From contig CAWCRS010000002.1 of assembly GCA_963798085.1 (NCBI GenBank), forward strand, positions 381,979 through 445,978: 64,000 nt of DNA, read 5' to 3'. Of the stretch, positions 21,883 to 32,202 are shown one piece after another. Position numbers and translations under genes: made by a program. The DNA is from an uncultured Gemmatimonadales bacterium (GTDB lineage Bacteria; Gemmatimonadota; Gemmatimonadetes; Longimicrobiales; RSA9). The notes under the pieces were generated by a model that worked only from the letters and a program-made list of their open reading frames with translations, was not told where the DNA came from and did not search any database. Each line of letters starts with the position of its first letter. Within the stretch, counting starts at the first letter, position 1.

Positions 21883-22608
21883 CTAGCACTTCCGCATGAC
21901 CCAAGTCGTCATGGCTCGCGCATTCTGAATGACTGTCGTCTTCAGCGGATCGACGAGCGTTCCTCCAAGTCCCGCGCTCAGCCTCATCAGGTAACTCTCG
22001 TCCACCAGGAAACGATCACTCCCATCCGGTAGGTGATACCACCGGCCCCTTTGAGGAGTGACCAATGCTTCGATGCCGATCGTCGACGCGAGCCGTGCGA
22101 AGAAGATGCCTCCTGGCCCGAGGACGCGCCACATCTCTGCCACCATGCGCTCGCAGTCAGCCTCGTCTTCCGCGAAATGGAGGACGGCGCTGCAGATCAC
22201 CGCCTCAAAATGGTCGTTCGGAAACGCCAGGTCCGACAGTCTGGCCACTACGAAGTTGTCGGCGGGGAGCCCAGGAGCGGCGATGGCGGCAACCTCCCGA
22301 ATCCGCTCGATCTGCATGGGGTCACAGTCGACTCCATGCACGTTGGCACCACACCGCATGAGGTATTCAGAATTTCGGCCTCCACCGCACCCGGCGTCGA
22401 GAATGCGCATCTGAGGTGTGATGTTACCACGGAGAATCTGGTCGAAGACGTAGATATCGATCCGACCGAACTGCGCAAGCAGTTCTTCAAATGCATGCGA
22501 TGGGTCCGTTGACGTCAACCAGCCTCCCTTTTTGCCACGCTCTCCAGCACATCGTGAACCCCACGGAGGTCCTCGCGTAATGTGCATCTGCGACTTCGAA
22601 CAGGTCAA
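21883..22608 (-). CDS. Class I SAM-dependent methyltransferase (true start probably ~22520)
   Basis: ILDAGCGGGRN and SAVLHFA motifs. Confidence 0.85.
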   Translation of the reverse strand: MTCSKSQMHITRGPPWGSRCAGERGKKGGWLTSTDPSHAFEELLAQFGRIDIYVFDQILRGNITPQMRILDAGCGGGRNSEYLMRCGANVHGVDCDPMQIERIREVAAIAAPGLPADNFVVARLSDLAFPNDHFEAVICSAVLHFAEDEADCERMVAEMWRVLGPGGIFFARLASTIGIEALVTPQRGRWYHLPDGSDRFLVDESYLMRLSAGLGGTLVDPLKTTVIQNARAMTTWVMRKC

Positions 22609-22702
22609 GGTTCGGGAGAGTCCGCCTCACCAGGGTTCATGGCTTCAAAGACGCGGCCAACAGGTTGTGCCCAGGTGCCAGTCGATGAGTGCGCTGGCTT
22701 TC

Positions 22703-22846
22703 AGCTAACGTTCCGTCTGTTCACGAAGCCCCGGAGCCGAGCGAAGCACGGCGAAGGGGTTTCCGCGCCTTTCCCAATCTGACCCTTTCATGACCTGCGC
22801 GGCAAGCGGCGCGAAGCGCCGCGCTGCGTGAAATAGACTGTTAGAC
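22703..22846 (-). repeat. attC-like site 14
   Basis: agctaac...gttagac. Confidence 0.85.
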
Positions 22847-22901
22847 GTAGTGACCTGCGCCTGGTTGCCCGACCTACGTGCCTCGGGATTACCTTCGCTT
22901 G

Positions 22902-24113
22902 TCAACTCATGGTCTTCTTCAAGCCGAACAGCGCGACTCGATCCAGTCCCACCTCATCTCGGAGAAAGCCAAGGACGTAATCCGGACCAATGTCCTTCAC
23001 TTGCAGTCCATCTGGCAGGGTGACGGTGGTGAGCCACCGACCAGCCTGATCGAACACGGTCCACTCCGATTCCGGCTCGGTATACACACGATAGGTCTCA
23101 ACCCAGAGATTACCCTCGCGATCGACAAGCATCGCCGAATAGGCGGGAACAAAGGCCGGGTAATCTGCCTCGTCAACGTACTTGAGAACCTGCTCGAGCT
23201 GCGCCGGCGGAAGCTGACCCGCTTCAGCTTCGACAGTCTTCGCGTACCCTTCTCGGAAGCGGGCCCTTCGCTCTGGTGTCACAGGGCTTGGGTCATGCGA
23301 CTTGCGGATCAACCGGCGCATGCTACCGTCCAATGCGTATTCGCCGATTTCGAAGGACTGGCTCGTTCCCATGTAGAACCGGTCTCTTGCCAAGGCGAAC
23401 TGCATGCGATGGCCAAAATGATACGGCCGCGGCTGGCCGCCGCCGAGGCCTCGTTGCTCGCTCAACGCGTAACGACCAATCGTGTCCACGGCCAGGCCTG
23501 GACCGCGGTACAGGACGAACCATGTGGAATCCCAGTAGATGCCGCTGATGTCCCTTGGGCGACCACCCTCTCCCGGTGACGCCAGAAACACGAGGCTGTC
23601 GCCAAGCACCCCTTGGGCCCAGTAATTACGGCCAAAAACAACGAGCATCGATCGGCCAAATCTACCATCCGCATCGAGAATCGATACGCGCGTGAGGCTA
23701 TAGTCGTAGACCATAAGCGAATCGCCTCGGAACGGTCGAATCGTCCACATCGTGTTGAATTCCCCGGGACCTTCCCCTTGACGTCCGGTCGCTGCAATCA
23801 ACCGACCTGTTGAAGAAAAGAACTTGACCTGATTCGCGCCTTCGTCCGATACCACAATGCGGCCGTCAGCCAGGCGAATCGCGTCGCGGGGTCTGATGAT
23901 ATCCTCGGTCTCTTTGCTGCCAATCACGACACTCGGCTGACTCGCGACCATCCATGCCGATTCTTCCAACTTTGGGCGCCGATTCTCGACGATGGTAATC
24001 CCAGCGCTATCCCGAACACCAAGACCGGCAGCAGGCTCGTGACGGCTATCGCACGCCGACATGATCAGGATTGTAGCGGAAAGGACTGCGTAAGTTCGAG
24101 TGTGCGCCGCCAT
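22902..24113 (-). CDS. 6-bladed beta-propeller lipoprotein
   Basis: MSAC lipobox; RDSAGITIVEN, GRQGEGPGEF and VDREGNLWV motifs. Confidence 0.85.
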   Translation of the reverse strand: MAAHTRTYAVLSATILIMSACDSRHEPAAGLGVRDSAGITIVENRRPKLEESAWMVASQPSVVIGSKETEDIIRPRDAIRLADGRIVVSDEGANQVKFFSSTGRLIAATGRQGEGPGEFNTMWTIRPFRGDSLMVYDYSLTRVSILDADGRFGRSMLVVFGRNYWAQGVLGDSLVFLASPGEGGRPRDISGIYWDSTWFVLYRGPGLAVDTIGRYALSEQRGLGGGQPRPYHFGHRMQFALARDRFYMGTSQSFEIGEYALDGSMRRLIRKSHDPSPVTPERRARFREGYAKTVEAEAGQLPPAQLEQVLKYVDEADYPAFVPAYSAMLVDREGNLWVETYRVYTEPESEWTVFDQAGRWLTTVTLPDGLQVKDIGPDYVLGFLRDEVGLDRVALFGLKKTMS

Positions 24114-24142
24114 TTCAACCTCACGATAGCGCAGGTCATTTC

Positions 24143-24287
24143 GGCTAACGTGATCTGCTGTTCACGACGTGCCGGAGCCGACCGTCAAGGCGGCGTAGGC
24201 ATGTCCGCGCCCTTCCTAAGCTGCCCGCCTCGGCCACTGCGCGGCCGGCGGCCGCCAGGCCGCCGAGCGTGAAATGGCGTGTTAGGC
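24143..24287 (-). repeat. attC-like site 15
   Basis: ggctaac...gttaggc. Confidence 0.9.
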
Positions 24288-25184
24288 GCTGCGTGATCCA
24301 CTGCCAGGCTTAGCAAACGTGCGGGCTTCAGTTCTACTTACCGAAGCAACCGCCTTGCGGCGTTCGCCAGGGGAGATGGCTGGGTTCTCAGGACTCAGCC
24401 GCTCGTGATCTTCGATTGTCCAGATTGCGGAGAGGACGGCTTGCGCAAATGCCCATTCCGCGACGCGCTCCCTGTCAAGGTCCAGGGCTTCGGCGAATCG
24501 TGCGGTTCGGCGTCGCACCACGGCCGGATTCATGTAGAGGTCCGGCTGACCTTCCGGGTTCCTCAGCATAGCGCCGAGCTCGTACTCGATCTCGCCAATG
24601 ACACCTTTGGGATCAATGGCGGTCCAGCCACGCCGCTCGTCCCACACAATATTGTGGTGCTGGAGATCCCCATGCACCAGCCGCCGGCTCCGTTGCGTTT
24701 CCGCGAGCCTCTCATAGCGGGTCTGGGCTTCTTCGACAAGGTCTCGACCCAGCTGGCCGTCGCCTAGCGCGAGGTACCGACCGAAGCTCTCTCCCCACTC
24801 TTCAACCGTAGGGACCGATTCCAACTGGGGCGCCACGCTGCACATCTCGCTGATCACGCCGGCCGCGATTCCGATGGCCTCGTCGTCGCGACCCGTGAAA
24901 ACCAGTTCTGCCAGCGGCGTCGCCGGCTGGAGCCGCTCCATCAGCACGGCACCCGGAGCGTACTCGAGTGTCCGCACGACCCCGCGGCCTTCGAAGGCAG
25001 TTCCAATGCGACCGGCTTGCCACTCATCCCCCATCGATCGCACTACTTTGAGTACAACATCTTCTCCCTGGCGCGTGCCATACCCGATCAAGGACGTGTA
25101 TGAAGCTGCCACCTCGTGAACGATGATCTGCCATTCATGGGCGAGTGCATGCAGGCGCTCGGTCGCACTACCTGTCTCGGCCAC
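24282..25184 (-). CDS. APH(6)/streptomycin-6-kinase-like aminoglycoside phosphotransferase
   Basis: VVLK, LMERL, HGDLQHHNI and AIDPKG motifs; TAA stop inside GCCTAAC. Confidence 0.8.
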   Translation of the reverse strand: MAETGSATERLHALAHEWQIIVHEVAASYTSLIGYGTRQGEDVVLKVVRSMGDEWQAGRIGTAFEGRGVVRTLEYAPGAVLMERLQPATPLAELVFTGRDDEAIGIAAGVISEMCSVAPQLESVPTVEEWGESFGRYLALGDGQLGRDLVEEAQTRYERLAETQRSRRLVHGDLQHHNIVWDERRGWTAIDPKGVIGEIEYELGAMLRNPEGQPDLYMNPAVVRRRTARFAEALDLDRERVAEWAFAQAVLSAIWTIEDHERLSPENPAISPGERRKAVASVSRTEARTFAKPGSGSRSA

Positions 25185-25214
25185 AACGGCCTTTCGCGAT
25201 GTGGATCACGTTGC

Positions 25215-25354
25215 GCCTAACGTCTCAGAGGTTCATGACGCGCCGCAGCCGCTTGCGGCGCAGGCGTGTCCGCGCCCTTACCAAGCTACACGCCTCGGCC
25301 GCTGCGCGGCCAGCCGCGCGAAGGCGCGGCGCCGCATGAACTAGCGTGTTATGT
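25215..25354 (-). repeat. attC-like site 16
   Basis: gcctaac...gttatgt. Confidence 0.9.
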
Positions 25355-25421
25355 GCTGTCTGATCCCTGCGTGGGATGTGCAATGTGTGTCTAGCTGTGC
25401 GCCACTAGCTGCGGTCGTTCT

Positions 25422-26432
25422 TCAACGACCGTGATGCTTGGCAATGTCAGCCTCGGTCAGCCGCAGGAATCTCGCTGCATTGTTGTACAGAATGTCCCGC
25501 TTTTGCTCCTGCGAGAGAAACGACGCATTCTCGATTCGCGTGATTCCTCGCTCGATCGTTTCAGGCCATACCATTTGATCCGACCCAAACATAACGCGAT
25601 CGCCAAACCCAGCGTCGACGATCGTGCGAAGGTAGCGATAGAACTCGGCTTCGGGCAGCGCATACACGATGATGCCCACGTCCACGTACACTTGGGGATG
25701 TGTCCACAGCACCGCCAGTAGGTCGTCCAGCATCGGCCAGCCCGCGTGCATGATGTAAATGCGAAGCCGCGGGTGACGTACCAGTGCTTCCTCAAGGAGC
25801 AGCGGACTGTGCAGGCGAGCTCGGTAGCCCTCAAAGCCGAGGTAGGGAGCTCCCGGAGGTCCTGTACCGATATGGATGCCCACGGGTATGTCCAACGCCT
25901 CGGCAACGGTCAAATAGGGGTCGAAGATCGAATCGCTTGGGCCAATGCCCGCGTACTGGTTCGTCACCTCTCCCAGCACGGCCAAAGCGCCCGACGCATG
26001 AAGGCGGCGGATGGAGTCCGGCGTGATCTGAGTGTCGGCAATGTTGAACATCAGGCCTGGAATGATCCGGTCCGGGGCATCAGCCCTCCACCGTTGGACG
26101 AAAGCAACGGAGCCACTGGTCACCCCGATAATGTTACGTCGCTCGAGGATCTCCAGCGTGCGCCGCTCAAGTTCTTGATCGGTCTCCGGCGACCAGGCGG
26201 GATTCGAACACGCTGGATTCTTCAACGCGGCCATGAAAACAGCCGGCCAAGGCCGGGACGCATCGAAGTGCAAACCCACAATGGGAGTGCATATCGCCAA
26301 TGGTGGAGGCCCTTGGGAACTTGCCGCCACCGCGTGAAGGTGCATGTCAATTACCGGATCGGGCCGCCGTTGTCCAGCGACGGGAACAAAAAGGCCCAAT
26401 GCGAGAGAAGCGACGACGACGGTTGTCCTCAT
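25422..26432 (-). CDS. Secreted amidohydrolase_2 family protein
   Basis: IDMHLH, IMHAGWP, VMFGSD and ILYNNAARFL motifs. Confidence 0.88.
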   Translation of the reverse strand: MRTTVVVASLALGLFVPVAGQRRPDPVIDMHLHAVAASSQGPPPLAICTPIVGLHFDASRPWPAVFMAALKNPACSNPAWSPETDQELERRTLEILERRNIIGVTSGSVAFVQRWRADAPDRIIPGLMFNIADTQITPDSIRRLHASGALAVLGEVTNQYAGIGPSDSIFDPYLTVAEALDIPVGIHIGTGPPGAPYLGFEGYRARLHSPLLLEEALVRHPRLRIYIMHAGWPMLDDLLAVLWTHPQVYVDVGIIVYALPEAEFYRYLRTIVDAGFGDRVMFGSDQMVWPETIERGITRIENASFLSQEQKRDILYNNAARFLRLTEADIAKHHGR

Positions 26433-26596
26433 GATTCACGCTCCGGGAACAACCCTAGGATTGCAGTCCCGGCTCCCTGCTGACGTTGCCTCGAAGCAAC
26501 CTCCAAGCTTCAGCGCGGCCCATGCGATGTCAATGAGCACACGCACACTAAACATGCGCGTCAGTGGCTTTAGATCTTCCGAGGGGATCAGATTGC

Positions 26597-26740
26597 ACAT
26601 AACGTCTCGGTTGTTCACGACGTGCCGGAGCCGACCGGCAGGCGGCGCAGGCATGTCCGCGCGCTTCCAAGTGCCGCCCGCCTCGGCAGTTGCGCGGCCG
26701 GCGGCCGCCAGGCCGCCGAGCGTGAAAGGACGTGTTAGCG
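26597..26740 (-). repeat. attC-like site 17
   Basis: acataac...gttagcg. Confidence 0.9.
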
Positions 26741-26773
26741 GATGTCGAGCCGGCGCGATGCTGTTTGGCAACA

Positions 26774-28411
26774 CTATTCTGCGACCTCTTTCTGCTTCAA
26801 GAATGCTGCGGCTTCAGCCAGTTCTGGACGTCGTGATTGCTTCGCGGCCAGACGTAGCAGTTCGCGATAGTAGGTCCTCGCGAGGCTAGTGTCGCCAGCG
26901 CGTCCAGCCGATCTGGCGGCGCCAGCAAGACTGTTGAAACGCCCGGGTTCCGATTTCAGCGCTGCTTCATAGGCCTGGAGTGCGGCCGCTGGGCGGTCGA
27001 GCTCGAGCAGCAAATCACCCAGAAGCTCCGAGGCTGGCAGGATGGGCGCGGGCGTCACAGGAGGTTTGGGTGTACTGGCCTCAAGGCGCACGGCTTGCTG
27101 CATGAGCGCAAGCGCACTGTCTGTATTGGCTGCCGCCTCTGCAAGCCATGCCGCAACGCTCAGCCGCAGAATCTCGGTCTGGCGAGCGAAGAGGTCCTCT
27201 CCCATTCGCTGCGACGCATCCCTCAGAGCGCTGAGGTGCCTTTGCGCTTCTTGCGCCGCGGGTACGTTTCGGGTTCGGATTGCGCCAATGCCGCGGGCAA
27301 ACCACGTGACGGCTTCTGGCCATGGGAAAAGATCCCAGGTGAGGGTGGAATCAGGCCGCGGGGTGAGGCGGGACGCCTGCGTCCAGTCCCGTCGCTCGAG
27401 CGCGTATCGGGCCGGAATCGACGACAGGTGAAACGCAGTCTTGAAGCTCGGCTGGAGATTGGTCGTCTGCTGCAGCCGCGCCATCGCCATCGCGGCAGCC
27501 GAATCGTCTCCAACCTGAAGTAGGGCATAGACCAGGTACTCAATCGTATGCGGGAACTCGTCCCAGACCCACTGCTGGCGGTCGCCGGCCGGAGTCTCCA
27601 ACGCCGCATCCGCGGCCTGACGATTGCCGTCAATGACAGATGCCCAATCTCCCAGCCGAACGTAGATGTGGGTCGGCATGTGCAGCGCGTGCGGATTTCG
27701 GGGCGCGATTTCCACGTAACGACGCACGACGTCGAGGGATTCCGTCTCGCGGCCAACTGCATCATTTGCGTGGATCATGTAGTGAACCGCCCCGGGATGC
27801 ATTGGTTCAACGGCAAGAATCGCCTGCAGCACCGCTGCCGCTTCATTCTGGTGCGTCAGCCCTCCCGTTGAGGGAGCTGTAGCCAGAACGGAAAGGGCAA
27901 AGAACGCCTTGGTCTCCACCTCCTGCGGGTATGCCTCGTACAGCGCGCGCGTAGCCTCGGCCCACTTGGCAATGCGTTCCCAGTAGCCATTGACCGCTGG
28001 GTCGAAGAATGCTGCGGTCGTGGCAATAAACATCGTGTCCCGGCGCGTCCCCGCCCCACTCGCCTCGGCCCGCAACACCTCTTGCCAACCGTGCTCCAGA
28101 TCGTCCGCGCTCGGGCGGGTGGGCCAGAGCGGCTGAAAGTACGTCATCGCGATCCCCCAGTGGGCCATGGCGCACTCCGGATCCGCTGAGGCAATGGCGG
28201 AGAATTCGGCTCGGGCCCGCGAATACGTCATGTGGTGGAGTAACGCCACCGCATGGTTGAACTGCGCTTGTGTGTTCTCCCTGCAGGAGATCTCGAAATG
28301 TACGACTCCGAGGTGTTCCAATGCGGTATCGTGCTGGCCTGATGCTTCGACTGGGACGAGTGCAGTGACAGTGGCTACGACCAGCGCAACGATAACATGA
28401 TGCGTTGCCAT
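26774..28411 (-). CDS. Secreted TPR-repeat protein
   Basis: Signal peptide; HPGAVHY.IH and PHALHMPTHIY motifs; helical repeats. Confidence 0.8.
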   Translation of the reverse strand: MATHHVIVALVVATVTALVPVEASGQHDTALEHLGVVHFEISCRENTQAQFNHAVALLHHMTYSRARAEFSAIASADPECAMAHWGIAMTYFQPLWPTRPSADDLEHGWQEVLRAEASGAGTRRDTMFIATTAAFFDPAVNGYWERIAKWAEATRALYEAYPQEVETKAFFALSVLATAPSTGGLTHQNEAAAVLQAILAVEPMHPGAVHYMIHANDAVGRETESLDVVRRYVEIAPRNPHALHMPTHIYVRLGDWASVIDGNRQAADAALETPAGDRQQWVWDEFPHTIEYLVYALLQVGDDSAAAMAMARLQQTTNLQPSFKTAFHLSSIPARYALERRDWTQASRLTPRPDSTLTWDLFPWPEAVTWFARGIGAIRTRNVPAAQEAQRHLSALRDASQRMGEDLFARQTEILRLSVAAWLAEAAANTDSALALMQQAVRLEASTPKPPVTPAPILPASELLGDLLLELDRPAAALQAYEAALKSEPGRFNSLAGAARSAGRAGDTSLARTYYRELLRLAAKQSRRPELAEAAAFLKQKEVAE

Positions 28412-28492
28412 TTCGCGCCTCTCTGCTTTCAGTGTCCACTACATGTCCAGTGACGCCACACACATCCCAACACGGTTTTCCGGCTCGATTTC

Positions 28493-28635
28493 CGCTAACG
28501 TTTCTGGTGTTCACGACGTGCCGAAGCCGGGCGAAGCACGGCGCAGGCATGTCCGCGCCCTTCAACTGCTGCACGCTTCGGCCGTTGCGCGGCCGGCGGC
28601 CGCCAGGCCGACGTGCGTGAAATGACGTGTTAGGC
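28493..28635 (-). repeat. attC-like site 18
   Basis: cgctaac...gttaggc. Confidence 0.9.
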
Positions 28636-28661
28636 GTAGGCGGCCCCGCTGCTCGGTGATG

Positions 28662-29870
28662 CTACTTCACCAGGGTGTATTGCCGAATGAACTCGACATC
28701 AGCCTCGTTCTGCCAGACACCAAGTACATAATCCACGCCAATGTCCTGGATGTGGAATTTCGCCGGTACAGCGAGCGTGCCAAGCAGCCGGCCGTGACCG
28801 TCGAATATGATCCATGGGCCAAGGGGCTCGCCATATATCTCTGTGGGACCCAGCCAGATATTGCGCTCCGGGTCGACCAGAATCCGCTCGAAGGCGGGCT
28901 TGCGTTCCGGCAAATGCATCTTGGCCCATCCCGCTTCAGCCGTTGCCCGTGCTTCTGGCCGCATGCGGGCGAGAATTGCATTCGTGAACAGTGCTACATC
29001 GGAAGGCTTGAGCGTCAAATCCGGTGTCGGGCCACGGAGAATACGCTTGACCGCGCCGGCCGAGTCCAGAACCAGGACCTCGTAGGAGTCACCGAGTCCG
29101 ACCAAGAGTTGGTTGCCGTCAGGATGAACTGCCAGCGTATGGCTGAACGGCGGCTGTGCATACGAGGGACGATCTCCGTCCATTGTGAGGCTGATCTCCT
29201 GGCCTGGAAAGGTATGCACGGTGTCTACCGTCGCGCCGTCCCGGGAGAATGCCAGGATGGGCGCAGTGATTCTGTGTAAACCCGGGCCGACCGATGGTGG
29301 AACGTCCTGTGAGCTCCACCCGACCGTGGCGCCGAAACGGCCATCGGGGAGGGGAAACACGTTGTCTATCGGTGCAAATCCTGGCTGCTGCAGGGTTACG
29401 GAACGACCGTAACGGCCGGATTCATCAAGGATTGAGATACGCCTCAATGGCAAATCGTACACGAACAGCGAATCTCGGCGGAATCGCTGTATTGATCCAA
29501 TGTACCTGTACTCACCGGGGCCACTTCCGCTACCGCCCGTCGCGAAGAGAAAGGTGCCGCGTGAATCGAAGAACCGGATGCGGCTCGAGCCACCATCGGC
29601 GACAACGATCGTGCCATTCGGAAGGCGGACGGCGCCTCGGATCCGGAAGAACTGGTAGATCGAATCGCCATCCACGGCACCGATCTGAACCGCGGGCTGC
29701 GACGCCAGACTCCATGCAACGTCGGAGGTCCACGCGATCTGGGTCGTGGAAACGACTTCGATTCCGGAGCTGTCCTGGACAGTGTAGTGAGCACGCGAAC
29801 CGCTGCCGACACAGCCTGCAAACAGAACGGTGTTCAGCGCGATGGCTATCCCGCTCGAAGTCCGTTTCAT
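28662..29870 (-). CDS. 6-bladed beta-propeller lipoprotein
   Basis: FAGC lipobox; QDSSGIEVV and GGSGSGPGEY motifs. Confidence 0.85.
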   Translation of the reverse strand: MKRTSSGIAIALNTVLFAGCVGSGSRAHYTVQDSSGIEVVSTTQIAWTSDVAWSLASQPAVQIGAVDGDSIYQFFRIRGAVRLPNGTIVVADGGSSRIRFFDSRGTFLFATGGSGSGPGEYRYIGSIQRFRRDSLFVYDLPLRRISILDESGRYGRSVTLQQPGFAPIDNVFPLPDGRFGATVGWSSQDVPPSVGPGLHRITAPILAFSRDGATVDTVHTFPGQEISLTMDGDRPSYAQPPFSHTLAVHPDGNQLLVGLGDSYEVLVLDSAGAVKRILRGPTPDLTLKPSDVALFTNAILARMRPEARATAEAGWAKMHLPERKPAFERILVDPERNIWLGPTEIYGEPLGPWIIFDGHGRLLGTLAVPAKFHIQDIGVDYVLGVWQNEADVEFIRQYTLVK

Positions 29871-29908
29871 TCAGTGACCCTCCGTCGCTGGAACAAGGGG
29901 CCGCTTTC

Positions 29909-30047
29909 GCCTAACGTGATGGGTGTTCACGACGCGCCGGAGCCGCTTGCGGCGCAGGCGTGTCCGCGCCCCTCCCAGGCTACCCGCCTCGGCCATCTGC
30001 GCGGCCGGCGGCCGCCAGGCCGCCGTGCGTGAAATGCTTTGTTAGAT
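29909..30047 (-). repeat. attC-like site 19
   Basis: gcctaac...gttagat. Confidence 0.9.
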
Positions 30048-30129
30048 GATGCACGTTGAGCCCTGCTTGCTGAGCCCATTCCCTTGCCAGATCGCGACCT
30101 CTGTAGCGCCTGATCCGCTGGACAACCGC

Positions 30130-30501
30130 CTACGGTTCGTCTTCCGGGCTGTCAGCAATCGGGAACGCACCAGCCGCCGCCTTCAGCAGTGGCGCAACCT
30201 CCGGCAGATTCATGGTCGCGGTCCGCCACACGATTCCCAGATCCACAACGAAGTAGTCATGGATCAGCTTGTGACGAAGACCGGTGATCTCACGCCACGG
30301 GATCTCCCCGTGCGCCTTCACGAACCCGGCCGACACTCGGCCCGCAGCCTCACCGAGCACCTCCAACTCGCGGATTACCGCATCCTGAACTACCCAATCG
30401 CGGTCGAAGGTCTGCCGATCGATCCTGGTGAGCAGCTCAGCGACCCGTCCGATCGCGGCCAGCATGTGATGGATAAACAGCGCGTCAGGCGGCCGCATCA
30501 A
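30130..30501 (-). CDS. hepT: HepT (DUF86) HEPN ribonuclease toxin
   Basis: LEVLGEAA and IPWREITGLRHKLIHDY motifs. Confidence 0.88.
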   Translation of the reverse strand: MMRPPDALFIHHMLAAIGRVAELLTRIDRQTFDRDWVVQDAVIRELEVLGEAAGRVSAGFVKAHGEIPWREITGLRHKLIHDYFVVDLGIVWRTATMNLPEVAPLLKAAAGAFPIADSPEDEP

Positions 30502-30775
30502 AAATGACAGACGCGCTCGAGAGAATGGATCGCCTCAAGTAGGGGCTGAGACCCGGCTCGGTCACCAAGTCTACCGGCCGGTCGAACACGGCTTGCAGCT
30601 CATCCTCCAAGCGGATTAGCTCGAAGAGCCCCTTCGGAGCGCCAAAATCCACGATGAGGTCGATATCCGAGTCCGGACGCTCCACGCCGCGTGCGGTAGA
30701 GCCAAACAGCCGGAGCCGCGTCACGTCATTGCGCCGGCAGATCTCGGCGAGCCGCTTCTGATCGAACGTTACCAT
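30485..30775 (-). CDS. mntA: MNT nucleotidyltransferase antitoxin
   Basis: LFGSTARG...SDIDL motif. Confidence 0.88.
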   Translation of the reverse strand: MVTFDQKRLAEICRRNDVTRLRLFGSTARGVERPDSDIDLIVDFGAPKGLFELIRLEDELQAVFDRPVDLVTEPGLSPYLRRSILSSASVIFDAAA

Positions 30776-31088
30776 CGGGACAAGTCTACGACTTGGCTGC
30801 CGCAGGTCAAGGTGGCCAACGGGTAAGGCCTTGGACTCGGCGCTGCAATACACCCTGAAGGTAATCCGCGCTGGACGGGATAGGCCTGCTCCATACAAGG
30901 TCGCTGTGTGGATGGGCCCGCAGCACGAGAACCTGCTTCTACCCTCAATGACGGAACCATCAGACGCGGTCCACGCCCGCCGCAATCAATCCCCTCGGAA
31001 CGAGCCGCATCGCAACATGCTTCTCGCTTCACGGCGAGCACGCTCTCCGCTGACCCACTTCGTTGATCCGTTGGGCTCAACGTGTTTC

Positions 31089-31232
31089 AGCTAACGTCTC
31101 GGGTGTTCACGAAGCCCCGGAGCCGACCGCCAGGGCGGCGCAGGCATGTCCGCGCCTTTCACCAACTGCCCGCCTCGGCCACTGCGCGGCCGGCGGCCGT
31201 CAGGCCGCCGAGCGTGAAATGGCGTGTTAGGC
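31089..31232 (-). repeat. attC-like site 20
   Basis: agctaac...gttaggc. Confidence 0.9.
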
Positions 31233-31305
31233 GCAGTCAGTTGCGTGGTTGGAATTGCCGGCAGGCATCCTCCATAGCTCGAATCTGCGCCACCCGATCC
31301 TGTAG

Positions 31306-31812
31306 TTACCGGTCCTCAACAATAACCTCGACGCCACTGTCTCTCGTCAGATTGTTCATAAAGATCACGAGGTTGTGCCCAGGGTGCCTTGCGCTTGGTA
31401 CGATCAGGCCTTCGCAACTTAGCCAGTCTACCGCGTCGCCCACATGCTGTGAAGCCTGGAGGTCGTCTTCGAACAGCACATCCGCTGAGAGGCCGTGCGT
31501 ATCCAACGACGTGAAATCCTGTAGGTACACTACTTTCTCGAGAGATGCACTTATGCGATACGTAACGCGTGGAGCAGTTATAGGCCGCGGTTGGCGCGAA
31601 GCAAGATAACTGATCTCTGCTATGGCTGTCTCGAGCGATAGCGAGGTGTACAGCGCTTCGATGCCTGGTGGATTCCAGCGAGCACCACGTACGTTTGCCT
31701 TCAGCGGTTCCGTGCCGGCGAAAACCTGCCGCCAACACTCACCCGCCCATTCGGTGACGTGCTCTTCAAGCGTGTCCAAGAGCGCCGGATCGAACGGGCG
31801 GGTGAATCGCAA
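31306..31812 (-). CDS. RES family toxin (NAD+ phosphorylase-like)
   Basis: GARWNPPG..ALYTS...AIAE and GLIVPSAR motifs. Confidence 0.85.
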   Translation of the reverse strand: MRFTRPFDPALLDTLEEHVTEWAGECWRQVFAGTEPLKANVRGARWNPPGIEALYTSLSLETAIAEISYLASRQPRPITAPRVTYRISASLEKVVYLQDFTSLDTHGLSADVLFEDDLQASQHVGDAVDWLSCEGLIVPSARHPGHNLVIFMNNLTRDSGVEVIVEDR

Positions 31813-31817
31813 TGTCG

Positions 31818-32156
31818 TCAGCTGTAGGAGGCAGACTGCAGGCGATCTATCAGCGCCAAGACCTCATTGATCCGATCATGGGCAATCAATTCGGCCGGGC
31901 GCTCGCCGCCGAGATCTCGGTGGTGGCTAAACAACCAGAGCCTAGCCTCGTCGGGGCTGTAGAACTGAGATAGTTGGTCAGCAAGCCACTCTAGCTTCAA
32001 AAGCCGATCGAGGCTGCTCGGCTGTGGAGCCGATCGACCGTTCTGCCACCGTGAAACCGTCTGCTCAGTAATCTCAAGGAGTTGCGCTACTTCGCGTGCA
32101 GATATGCCGCTGCGCGCCTTGATATTATCCAGCTTCCGTGCTAGTGCCGTTGCCAC
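31818..32156 (-). CDS. Xre-HTH / MbcA-ParS-like antitoxin
   Basis: HTH VAQLL..TEQTVSRW and ARLWL...LGGERPAELI motifs. Confidence 0.85.
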   Translation of the reverse strand: MATALARKLDNIKARSGISAREVAQLLEITEQTVSRWQNGRSAPQPSSLDRLLKLEWLADQLSQFYSPDEARLWLFSHHRDLGGERPAELIAHDRINEVLALIDRLQSASYS

Positions 32157-32202
32157 CCTGTGCCCCCCTCTCCCCGTTCATTTGACAATGTCACCATCTG
32201 AC

